From: an uncultured Eubacteriales bacterium
Lineage (GTDB): Bacteria > Bacillota > Clostridia > Christensenellales > UBA1242
Assembly (NCBI GenBank): GCA_900557645.1
Contig: USSZ01000002.1
Span: 1-45,123, forward strand
Direction: 5' to 3'
DNA: 45,123 nt
This document shows, piece after piece, positions 8,184-16,550 of the stretch. Below the pieces are notes generated by a model. That model did not search any database. It had not been told where the DNA came from and saw only the letters and a list, made by a program, of their open reading frames with translations. A program made the position numbers and the translations under genes. Every line of letters begins with the position of its first letter. Within the stretch, counting starts at the first letter, position 1.

Positions 8184-9206
8184 GTGATGATAAAATATAG
8201 ATTTCTATCAATTACATTAAAACTTAAACATAATAATTTTTTTACAAAAAAGAACATTGACTTTGATTATTATTCAAACTATAATATATATATGAATAAC
8301 ACTATATTGAAATTTGTAATGTCTCATAATATAGATTTAAAAACCATAGAAAAATTTGATGATATTAAAGTTGATAACAAAGAAGATATCAACAATATTA
8401 TTGATGAAAATAAATTTTATAGCAAATTTAATGTCTTAAAAAATATTTGCATTGCAGACATTAAAGGTTATGACTATAAATACGTTTCATTAAATAATGA
8501 TAATTTTTTAGAAAATATGTCTCGTTTTTTTGATGAAAATGGTTTTAGTTATGAAAAAAGATCTATTTCAATGTTGGATTATTCAACAAGTGAAATTATT
8601 GATAAACTTTCAAATAGTTTTAGAAAAGAACCTATATGCTTATTAGAAGCAGACAAACACAAATATGTTATAGGTAACAATGGGCTTCATAGATATCATG
8701 TATTAAAAGCACATTATTTAAAAGAATTATCTTTATTAGATAAAAATGATCTTACATCTATAAAATCATTAAGGGATAAATACACGATAGAAACTCGAGT
8801 AGATGAAATTGATTATTTTAAAACTTATTCATCTTACATTTTAAAATTAATTGGTGAACTCTATGATGATAGATTAAAATTCGAAAGCGAACTTGACGAA
8901 TATTACCAACCTACCCAAAATATAATTATGCGACATTATAATGATTTTGAAAAAAGCAAAATACTTAATGATAATCAACTTCTATCACTCTTAAAATCAT
9001 CAGTATCTGAAATTTTATTAAGAAATTCAACCTCAAAAAAAATAAGTAAACAATTAATAAATTCAATTAAACAAACCTATGAAAAATTTGAGAGTTTTAA
9101 AGAATATTGTTTAGAATACTTACCAGAAGTTATTCATTACATTGATAAAACTTATAAATACTCTTACTCTTATTCATATATGGAGGAGATACCATGCAGA
9201 TTATAA
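8184..9206 (+). CDS. ParB/Srx-fold (DGQHR/DUF262-like) domain protein; start uncertain
   Basis: 340-aa ORF. EPICLLEADKHKYVIGNNGLHRYHVLKAHYL (nt ~8650-8717) fits the ParB N-domain pattern (Pi.v...g.y.viDG.HR..a). No SD precedes any candidate start (8184 GTG, 8187, 8292 ATG). Confidence 0.5.
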   Translation: MMIKYRFLSITLKLKHNNFFTKKNIDFDYYSNYNIYMNNTILKFVMSHNIDLKTIEKFDDIKVDNKEDINNIIDENKFYSKFNVLKNICIADIKGYDYKYVSLNNDNFLENMSRFFDENGFSYEKRSISMLDYSTSEIIDKLSNSFRKEPICLLEADKHKYVIGNNGLHRYHVLKAHYLKELSLLDKNDLTSIKSLRDKYTIETRVDEIDYFKTYSSYILKLIGELYDDRLKFESELDEYYQPTQNIIMRHYNDFEKSKILNDNQLLSLLKSSVSEILLRNSTSKKISKQLINSIKQTYEKFESFKEYCLEYLPEVIHYIDKTYKYSYSYSYMEEIPCRL

Positions 9207-9529
9207 AATGCACTAATTCTGACAAGCCAAACACAGAAAAATATATTATGAAAATTAACAACCAAGAAATTGGATTTGGCTATTTGATTGAAACTGAAAT
9301 TAATCCTATAGAAATATTTATAAATGAAGACCAAAGATCTAATGGTTATGGTAAACTATTATTTGCAAAACTATTACAAATTTGTAAAGAAAAAGGATTA
9401 AAAGTATTATTTTTTGAACTTAAAAATGAAGATTATAGAATGATAAACATAATCACATCTTTAGGAGCACGGCATATTGGGACAAATTATGGTATCAATA
9501 AATTTGTTTTGCCTGTTAATTTAGAATAA
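9194..9529 (+). CDS. Minimal GNAT-fold N-acetyltransferase (111 aa)
   Basis: Motif A-like QRSNGYGKLLFAKLLQICKEKG. GGAGG lies upstream inside the preceding gene, and the ORF overlaps that gene by 13 nt. Confidence 0.6.
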   Translation: MQIIKCTNSDKPNTEKYIMKINNQEIGFGYLIETEINPIEIFINEDQRSNGYGKLLFAKLLQICKEKGLKVLFFELKNEDYRMINIITSLGARHIGTNYGINKFVLPVNLE

Positions 9530-9537
9530 TTAAAAAA

Positions 9538-9567
9538 AACATCTTACGGTTTAAGATGTTTTTTTTA
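9538..9567. terminator. Bidirectional intrinsic terminator between the convergent GNAT and aminopeptidase genes
   Basis: Stem aacatctta / taagatgtt (9 bp) with loop cggtt, an A-run on the left and T7 on the right. Confidence 0.7.
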
Positions 9568-10962
9568 TTCAAAAAATGCTTTATATCCTTTATATGCACT
9601 ATATAAATCGGCTTTTGAAATCAATTCATAAGGTGCGTGCATCGATATCACGGGAACTCCTATGTCAACAGTATCTATATTTAATTGTGCAATAAATTTT
9701 GCTACTGTTCCACCTCCACCAATATCAACTTTACCAAGTTCTGAAGTTTGCCAAATTATATTATGTTTTGAAAAAATATCTCGAATTCTCTGAACAAGTT
9801 CGGCAGATGCATCATTTGAATCTGATTTTCCTCCACCTCCAGTATATTTATTCATACATACGCCACATGATAATATAGCAGCATTATTTTTTTCAAATAC
9901 ATCAGCAAAATTAGAGTCATATCCGGCAGTAACATCTGCTGAAATACACATAGATTTTTGTCTAACTTTTCGAACATTTTTTTTAAGTGATATGCAAATT
10001 TCATCAATTATATCTTCATAAATCTTACTTTTGATACCTGTTACACCTTCACTTCCTATTTCTTCTTTATCTACCAAAATACATAAAACTGTATTTTTAT
10101 TTCTAGAATCAACGATGGCTTTTAAAGATGCATAAGCACAAACCTTATCATCATGTCCATATGCTCCAAGTAGTGATCTATCAAAACCAATATCCCTTGG
10201 TGGCAATGCAGGCACAATACTTAATTCTGCACTAATAAAATCTTCTTCTGTAATATGATATTCATTATATAAAATTTGCAAGACATTTTCTTTAATTTTA
10301 TCTTTTAACTGCTCATCTTTTAATGCTTTTCCACCCACAACAATATTTAATTGTTCGCCATTAATAAAATCATTAGCCTTTAATTCCATTTGACTTTTCC
10401 CTAAATGAGGTAATAAATCATTGATATAAAAAACGGGATCATTTACATTATCACCTATATTTATATTTATTTTTTTATTATCCTTTGTAAAAACAACTCC
10501 ATGAATTGACAATGGCATTGCTGTCCATTGGTATTTTTTTATTCCACCATAATAATGGGTTTTAAAAAAACATAAACCATCGCTTTCATATATTGGGACT
10601 TGTTTTAAATCAAGTCTTGGCGAATCCAAATGACTGACTATAATTCTTAACCCTTCTTTCTCAATGTCATTTTCTCCTATTTTAAAAAGAACAATTCCCT
10701 TTCCTCTATTTGAAATAAATTTTTTATCGCCAACTTTTAACAAATCACCAAAACTATATTCACTAAAATGATATTTCATTGCCTCACTAGAAACATAATC
10801 GTTTACTTCTCTTTCTGTTTTACATTTAGTCATAAACTCTTTATAATTTTCTGCAAAATCAAAAATTTCTTTTTCCTCTTGTTTACTTGCCAATTCAAAA
10901 TAATTTCTTTTCACATATCTGTAAGATTCCACTTTTTGTTTATCTGACCCTATGTTTTCCAT
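9565..10962 (-). CDS. M18-family aminopeptidase
   Basis: 465-aa ORF with SHLDSPRLDLK, HDDKVC, LVDKEEIGSEG and ISMHAPYE motifs typical of M18 aminopeptidase 1. GGGGG RBS. Confidence 0.85.
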   Translation of the reverse strand: MENIGSDKQKVESYRYVKRNYFELASKQEEKEIFDFAENYKEFMTKCKTEREVNDYVSSEAMKYHFSEYSFGDLLKVGDKKFISNRGKGIVLFKIGENDIEKEGLRIIVSHLDSPRLDLKQVPIYESDGLCFFKTHYYGGIKKYQWTAMPLSIHGVVFTKDNKKININIGDNVNDPVFYINDLLPHLGKSQMELKANDFINGEQLNIVVGGKALKDEQLKDKIKENVLQILYNEYHITEEDFISAELSIVPALPPRDIGFDRSLLGAYGHDDKVCAYASLKAIVDSRNKNTVLCILVDKEEIGSEGVTGIKSKIYEDIIDEICISLKKNVRKVRQKSMCISADVTAGYDSNFADVFEKNNAAILSCGVCMNKYTGGGGKSDSNDASAELVQRIRDIFSKHNIIWQTSELGKVDIGGGGTVAKFIAQLNIDTVDIGVPVISMHAPYELISKADLYSAYKGYKAFFE

Positions 10963-11060
10963 ATATCCCCCGTATAAATTATTATTTACAAAATATATTA
11001 AAATAATCTATTTTATATATTAGAAAATAATAAAAAAACACCTTAATTGGCGTTTTAATA

Positions 11061-11657
11061 TCAAAATCTAAGTTCTTCAGGCAGTATAACCTCACAGTAT
11101 CCCTGTTTTGCTCCACACAAAGGACATTCCTCCCATGCTTCTTTATCAAAACTAACATGTCCACATGCTGGACATACCCACGCAACTTTTTTTGCTTTTT
11201 TATATAATTGCTTATTTTTCATTTGATTGTATAATTCTTCAAATACTTTTGCATGTCTTATTTCAACTTCTCTAATCATATTAAAAATATGGGCTATTTC
11301 TTCGAAACCTTCTTCCATAGCAACCTTTTCAAACTCGGTATATACTTTTGCTTCATCAAGTTCATCTTCACATAAAAGTTTTAAGTTATCAAGAAGATCC
11401 CACTTTTCTTTAAAGGGATAACCTGCACAAATATCAATATTATCAACTTGTTTCATTTCGCTGTCTTGTATTTGCATATATAAAACACGGGCATGATTAA
11501 ATTCCTGATATGCTATTTTATCTATTAATGTTGCTATTGCCTCATAGCCATTATATCTAAAACCATATTCACAAAATTCATATCTAGTCCGTGCAGCACA
11601 TTCTGCAGTATATGCTCTTGCCAAATTTATAAATGTTTGACTATCTTTTAATTTCAT
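11061..11657 (-). CDS. Rubrerythrin-family protein (ferritin-like di-iron domain plus C-terminal rubredoxin-like CxxC..CxxC)
   Basis: 198-aa ORF with E..EF.H helices and WVCPACGHV...CPLCGA. GGAGGAA RBS. Confidence 0.85.
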   Translation of the reverse strand: MKLKDSQTFINLARAYTAECAARTRYEFCEYGFRYNGYEAIATLIDKIAYQEFNHARVLYMQIQDSEMKQVDNIDICAGYPFKEKWDLLDNLKLLCEDELDEAKVYTEFEKVAMEEGFEEIAHIFNMIREVEIRHAKVFEELYNQMKNKQLYKKAKKVAWVCPACGHVSFDKEAWEECPLCGAKQGYCEVILPEELRF

Positions 11658-11801
11658 ATTATTCCTCCTTTACTGATTATGGCTTAAACAGATTTTTTTA
11701 TACATAAAAATTTTTAAAATATAAGTTTTTCTTTTCAAGATTTTAAAGTAATATTTAAAAAACAATTTTATATTTCAAAGTCAATAATTATTTAAAATAT
11801 A

Positions 11802-11829
11802 TTGACATAGAAAATATTCATGTTAAAAT
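11802..11829 (+). promoter_or_regulatory. Sigma-A-type promoter with extended -10, giving a leader of about 285 nt for the 12120 gene
   Basis: TTGACA (11802-11807), a 16-nt spacer ending in TGt, then TAAAAT (11824-11829). Confidence 0.5.
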
Positions 11830-11930
11830 AATATAAACTATGTGGTGTTAAAATTTTATTATCATAAAATTTTAATAAATTCTAACGAATTTGTGTGTTT
11901 TGCACGCCACCTCTGTTTGAATATACATCT

Positions 11931-11955
11931 GTCTCACTCTTGCAAGCAAGTTCGA
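11931..11955 (+). repeat. 25-bp exact repeat, copy A (GTCTCACTCTTGCAAGCAAGTTCGA)
   Basis: Perfect reverse-complement match to 36594-36618. It contains the internal palindrome CTTGC-AA-GCAAG. Confidence 0.95.
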
Positions 11956-12119
11956 CTTCAAATAAATTAAACTATATCCCATCAAAAAAAAAATTAAAAA
12001 TATTCAACAACTTGATTGATATAACCACCTATTTAAATAACAATTATTTTATGTCGACTATGACTTTGCTTTACTTTTAGAACACATCTGATAAAATAAA
12101 TAAATTCACAGGAGGTAAT

Positions 12120-13091
12120 ATGAAAAATACTTTTAACTTTTGTGTTAATTTAGAAGATAGAAAAAAACAATATCTTGCTTTTTCAAAAGAGCATGAATCT
12201 TTATTGAATTTGCATAGATATATTAGTAAAAATATAAAGAATTTTACTGATATGAGAAATCTTAATATTTGTGATAAAAATCTTTATGAATTAAGATACA
12301 AATACATAAATGCTTTTATTCATTCACCTAAAAAACTTGCCATTGAAGATATGTATTCTTTTACACAATCTTTAATCAACAACTTAAGCCTTTATGAAAA
12401 TAAGAACCTTGCAATTTTATTAAGATTAAGAGAACAAATTGTAAAAACTAACATTGATTATTTAAACTCTTGGTGTCCTAAATATGAGGAATTAAAATCA
12501 AACAAAGAGCATATACCAGAAAATTATAAAAATCATATGGACAACTATCAAATAATAGCAAGTTTTTTTGATAATAAAATAATTACTTTTAGCAATAAAA
12601 AATTTACAATTACACCTTTTGACCAAATGTTACTTAATAAACTATTAGAAAAACAATATATTATAACTATGCTTAAAAAATTAAATCATAATATTTATTT
12701 ACAAACAGAAGAAAATCAATACGAATCTATAAAAAGTATTCTTGAATCAATTAAAGTAGATATTAATAATAATCAAGTTAAATTTAAAGAATGTTTCCCT
12801 TATATTTCACAAATTTGTAATGAATTAACTAAAGGCAATTTCAAAAGCACTTATTTTAATTCTAAAGAATATTTTCCTGAAAATCTAAATGCTAAAAAAG
12901 ATATCATCTTAAATATTTTAAAAAATGAACTTCCTTCTGGTTTTACGAGATCAAACAATGGATTGATTTCAATAAACTCTAAACAATTTGATCTTGAAGA
13001 TGTCAAAAATTTCAATAATGCATTAGAAAATAAAATGTTGCTTGATAAAATGAAATTACATGAAAGTTTATCGGATATTGAAAATTATTAA
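12120..13091 (+). CDS. Hypothetical protein (323 aa, K/N-rich, no recognisable motif)
   Basis: Long ORF with AGGAGG 7 nt upstream and a terminator downstream. Confidence 0.7.
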   Translation: MKNTFNFCVNLEDRKKQYLAFSKEHESLLNLHRYISKNIKNFTDMRNLNICDKNLYELRYKYINAFIHSPKKLAIEDMYSFTQSLINNLSLYENKNLAILLRLREQIVKTNIDYLNSWCPKYEELKSNKEHIPENYKNHMDNYQIIASFFDNKIITFSNKKFTITPFDQMLLNKLLEKQYIITMLKKLNHNIYLQTEENQYESIKSILESIKVDINNNQVKFKECFPYISQICNELTKGNFKSTYFNSKEYFPENLNAKKDIILNILKNELPSGFTRSNNGLISINSKQFDLEDVKNFNNALENKMLLDKMKLHESLSDIENY

Positions 13092-13115
13092 AATAACATT
13101 AGTTTAATAAAAAAT

Positions 13116-13143
13116 GCTTACAAAAGTTGTAAGCGTTTTTTTT
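13116..13143 (+). terminator. Intrinsic terminator
   Basis: Stem gcttaca / tgtaagc with loop aaagt, followed by T8. Confidence 0.65.
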
Positions 13144-13192
13144 CATTTCGTCTAAAATTTATTAAACAAAATCAAAGTCTGAAAAATATTTT

Positions 13193-13549
13193 CTATAAAA
13201 CCGTCTCTTTATCATTTTCTATCGATAAAAATAATTTTTCCATTTTATCTAAATCAATTCCTTTTTTATTCATAATCTTTAAAATTATATTTGCTACTTC
13301 TGGATAATTCTCTTTTAAATATAAAAAATGTGGATATGAAAACATTTCGCCATAAGCCATATCTGTTTCTGCCACTTCTTTATTGTTATTATAAAAATAA
13401 TTAAAATAAAATCTAAATGACTCTAAATTTTCATTACTTTTATTTTTTATATAATTTTCGTAACTTTTCCATGTCATTTCTGCTATGTTTACAAGTTCTC
13501 CAATTACGTCTTTTTTGGAAACTTTCTTTATTCCATTTCCACCTATCAT
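13193..13549 (-). CDS. Hypothetical protein (118 aa)
   Basis: ORF with GGAG-type RBS (taggagaattat ATG). No motif recognised. Confidence 0.55.
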   Translation of the reverse strand: MIGGNGIKKVSKKDVIGELVNIAEMTWKSYENYIKNKSNENLESFRFYFNYFYNNNKEVAETDMAYGEMFSYPHFLYLKENYPEVANIILKIMNKKGIDLDKMEKLFLSIENDKETVL

Positions 13550-13626
13550 ATAATTCTCCTATTATTAATCAACTTATGTTTATTGTGTTATATTTTTCTA
13601 TAACATTAAACTCTAAATTTATTATA

Positions 13627-14289
13627 TCATTTTGATAGTGATTTTTCAATATCTGCATTAAAAGAATATTCTAAATTGTCATATTCATCTTCTTTATCAA
13701 AATATATGTTTGTAAGTGAATCAAAATAACTTTTTATATCTTGCCAAGACGTAAAATTTTGTAATTGTAATGCTGGCTTTAATTTTTTTTTATTTTTATT
13801 TTTAAGACTTCCTTTAAATAAAAGTGGCTTTATTCCCTTACAAGACATTAACTCACAATTTTTTCTTAAATCATCAATGAAAAATTTAATACCCTTTTCA
13901 TACGCATATGCCGGCTTATTTTTGCAACCTAAAACTAATTTATCATATTTTACATTATGATTATCAAGCCATTCATAAGTCATTGAAATTACAGGCTTTA
14001 TATTTGGACGACTTGAAACAAAGAATATAAAATAACCATCATCATGTAAACTATTAATTGTTTCTACTGCTTCAGGAAATGCTTTGTATTTAGAAGGATT
14101 AAAAAATTTAAACACTTTATTTATAAAAGAACATTTATATATACCATCACGAGGAACTTCATAATGCTTTAAATTTTTATCATTATGAAAATTTAATCTT
14201 GCAACAAAATTATACAAAAATGAATTACAACTAAATAAAGTTTTGTCTAAATCTATACCAATTATTTCACCTATAAAAATTTCTTCCAT
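13627..14289 (-). CDS. HAD-superfamily hydrolase (nucleotidase-like)
   Basis: Motif I IGIDLDKT (DxDxT), motif II FFVSSRP, and Lys plus FIDD motifs III/IV. Confidence 0.65.
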   Translation of the reverse strand: MEEIFIGEIIGIDLDKTLFSCNSFLYNFVARLNFHNDKNLKHYEVPRDGIYKCSFINKVFKFFNPSKYKAFPEAVETINSLHDDGYFIFFVSSRPNIKPVISMTYEWLDNHNVKYDKLVLGCKNKPAYAYEKGIKFFIDDLRKNCELMSCKGIKPLLFKGSLKNKNKKKLKPALQLQNFTSWQDIKSYFDSLTNIYFDKEDEYDNLEYSFNADIEKSLSK

Positions 14290-14514
14290 AATATATCCTT
14301 TTATGTAACAATTACATTCTTTAATTTTATTTATAAATCAAAATACTTCACAACAATTAAAGATATCATATTTATAATATATTTTCTAGTAGTTTTACAA
14401 AAAAAGTTGAAAAATTAACATTTTTTTACAAAAAATCGTTGTTTTTTACATATTTTATTAAATTGTTTGACATAATCTAAAAATTGTAGTAAAAAATAGA
14501 ACAAAGGAGCATTT

Positions 14515-14898
14515 ATGTTCAATGAAGAAAAATTTAGCAAATGGCTTGAAACAGGACTTCAAACAATGAAAGATGAAAATGCCTATTGCTTAAATTTATA
14601 TGACGAAGATGACGAATGGACTTGCGAACTTGTGGCAACAAATAAATTTTATAAAGATGGTAATGATTGGTGCTTTGATGAAACTAAAGTTTATAAAAGA
14701 GAAAACCCTTTTGTTTTAATCACCAAATATTCACAAGGAAACTATGAAAAAATTTTAAATGAATTTTCATCTTCCCTTCAAAATATTATTTGTAATAACA
14801 ACAATATTAAAAATATTATTACAAACAAAACTTTCGCATATGGTTTTGTAGATGGTGAACTTTACTTTCTTGATACTTGTGAGAATGAACTTTGTTAA
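14515..14898 (+). CDS. Hypothetical protein (127 aa)
   Basis: ORF with AAGGAG RBS and a terminator immediately downstream. Confidence 0.6.
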   Translation: MFNEEKFSKWLETGLQTMKDENAYCLNLYDEDDEWTCELVATNKFYKDGNDWCFDETKVYKRENPFVLITKYSQGNYEKILNEFSSSLQNIICNNNNIKNIITNKTFAYGFVDGELYFLDTCENELC

Positions 14899-14907
14899 AA
14901 TTTTTAT

Positions 14908-14939
14908 AACACGTTTTAATTAAAACGTGTTTTTATTTT
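14908..14939 (+). terminator. Intrinsic terminator
   Basis: Perfect 24-nt palindrome aacacgttttaa/ttaaaacgtgtt followed by a T-run. Confidence 0.7.
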
Positions 14940-14971
14940 CTTTTTTTATATTTTTGTGGTATATTTTTTTT

Positions 14972-16051
14972 ATGAAAGATTTAATTGAAAAAACAGATAA
15001 AAAACAACAAATAATAAAATTTATAGCACAAATTATAATTGTCGGAATTGCAGGAGCAATTGGAGGTGTTGCTTTCAAGACCTTTTTTGAAGCAATAGGT
15101 ATTGTTCCAACTGGACTTTCAGGATTTGCTCTAATAATAAAAAATTTATTCAGCAGTGGAGGAATTGAGTTGCCTACTGCTGTCATTTACCTTATTTTAA
15201 ATGTTTTTATTTTTTTATTTGCTTTAAAAATTTTCGGTTGGAAATTTCTTGTTCTTTCAGGAGTTGGTGCTGGTTGTTATACTTTAGGAATGGAATTCGG
15301 TTTCATTTCAGCACTCGTTCCTGATCCTGCTGGAGAAAAACTTCTTTATGCCATCGTTGGTGCAATTATTGTAGGCTTGACTATTGGTGTTGCCCTGCGT
15401 TTTGGAGGTTCGACTGGAGGAAGTGAAATTCTTGGGGCTATTATTAATAGATATATTCCAAAAATAAAAACTGGATATTGCATTTTAATGTTTAATGTTG
15501 TTGTTTTACTTTTAAGTATTATAACAAGTGGACTTCAAACTGGTCTTTATGCTCTGGTTGTTGCAATTATTTCTTCAATGGCAACAAATCTTGTTCTAGA
15601 GGGGTCTAAACGCGTTCTTGCATATTATATTATATGCGATGAAGATGAAGAAATTTCTAAAGCAATTTTAGATAAATATCATAGAGGAGTAACAAGACTT
15701 GATGCTGTTGGAATGTTTTCAAAGCAAAATAAAAGCATTTTATTATGTTTAATTCCTAATGAGCAAGCACATGAAATGAAAAAATTAGTAGCACAAATAG
15801 ATCAAAATGCTTTTGTGTTTTCTGCCCCAGTAAACGAAACAATTGGTGAAGGAAATTTTATGAAAAAAGCATCTCCACTTAAATATAAACTTAAAAATTT
15901 TTCTGCAATAATAAAATCAAATCAAGTTTACAAAAGACATGAAAAAATAAAACAATTAAAATTAAAACGAAAACAAAAAAGATTTAAAGAAATCAAGATT
16001 AATCGCAATCTTTTAATTTCTGAAAATGCAAATAAAAAATTTTCTAAATAA
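14972..16051 (+). CDS. YitT-family membrane protein (DUF2179 C-terminal domain)
   Basis: GIVPTGLSGFALI, GGSTGGSEIL and a C-terminal RGVTRLDAVGMFS...VF domain. The ATG at 14972 is preferred because the track start (GTG 14927) lies inside the upstream terminator. Confidence 0.85.
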   Translation: MKDLIEKTDKKQQIIKFIAQIIIVGIAGAIGGVAFKTFFEAIGIVPTGLSGFALIIKNLFSSGGIELPTAVIYLILNVFIFLFALKIFGWKFLVLSGVGAGCYTLGMEFGFISALVPDPAGEKLLYAIVGAIIVGLTIGVALRFGGSTGGSEILGAIINRYIPKIKTGYCILMFNVVVLLLSIITSGLQTGLYALVVAIISSMATNLVLEGSKRVLAYYIICDEDEEISKAILDKYHRGVTRLDAVGMFSKQNKSILLCLIPNEQAHEMKKLVAQIDQNAFVFSAPVNETIGEGNFMKKASPLKYKLKNFSAIIKSNQVYKRHEKIKQLKLKRKQKRFKEIKINRNLLISENANKKFSK

Positions 16052-16109
16052 ATTAAAGTAATTTTTAATTTATAAAAATATTTAATATACTTATATTTGC
16101 TTAAATAAA

Positions 16110-16141
16110 AAACGTCATTCTTAATTAAATGACGTTTTTTT
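16110..16141. terminator. Bidirectional intrinsic terminator
   Basis: Stem aaacgtcatt / aatgacgttt (10 bp) with an 8-nt loop, flanked by A and T runs. Confidence 0.7.
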
Positions 16142-16155
16142 AGTAAATCACTAAT

Positions 16156-16491
16156 CTAAAATTGAAGGCTCATTTCTCCTGATGCAAATCCATACGAAAT
16201 CAAAAATACAACAAATAAATAAAGAATTATTGCACATATAGAATTAACTCTTTGCCAAGGATTTCCTACTTTTACGCCTTGTAGGTTGCTATTCAAAGAA
16301 AAGCAATTTGCCATACAATACGCTAATACCACCAAACACATCCAATCATTGACAATCTTTAAATAGAATAAAACAATACAAGCAATTCCCAAAAGACATG
16401 TAAAGATACCTAATATTCTTGACATCATCATTCTACGTTTTAAAAATCCAGCATAATCTTGCACATCTTTACGACTTATATTAACTGCCAT
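16156..16491 (-). CDS. Small integral membrane protein (3 TM segments)
   Basis: Hydrophobic ORF. The ATG at 16491 is preceded by AAGGAG. The track start at 16545 lacks an RBS. Confidence 0.55.
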   Translation of the reverse strand: MAVNISRKDVQDYAGFLKRRMMMSRILGIFTCLLGIACIVLFYLKIVNDWMCLVVLAYCMANCFSLNSNLQGVKVGNPWQRVNSICAIILYLFVVFLISYGFASGEMSLQF

Positions 16492-16550
16492 AATAAACTC
16501 CTTAATTATATATTTATTGTAAAGCAAACCCATTTCTTTTGTCAAATATT

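Noticed and set aside
10982-11185. A 67-aa minus-strand ORF overlapping the 3' end of rubrerythrin. The same applies to antisense ORFs at 11227-11421, 43750-44088, 44081-44269 and 44492-44680.
   Set aside because: They overlap or lie antisense to genes with strong motif support, and they have no RBS.
11784-11793. AATAATTATT palindrome upstream of the first rubrerythrin as a PerR/Fur box.
   Set aside because: It is only a partial match to the 7-1-7 TTATAATNATTATAA consensus. Short A/T palindromes of this kind are expected by chance in ~75% AT intergenic DNA.
11895-12080. A 61-aa plus-strand ORF in the leader of gene 12120.
   Set aside because: It starts at a non-ATG codon, has no RBS, spans the 25-bp repeat and an A10 tract, and gives a low-complexity translation.
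14927-14971. Upstream alternative starts given by the track (GTG 14927 for yitT, TTG 36533, ATG 18708, 25459, 44231, 16545, 41650, 22071).
   Set aside because: In each case a downstream ATG (a GTG at 23127 for pflA) is preceded by a GGAG-type RBS at proper spacing. The upstream extensions overlap terminators or neighbouring genes, or add non-conserved residues.
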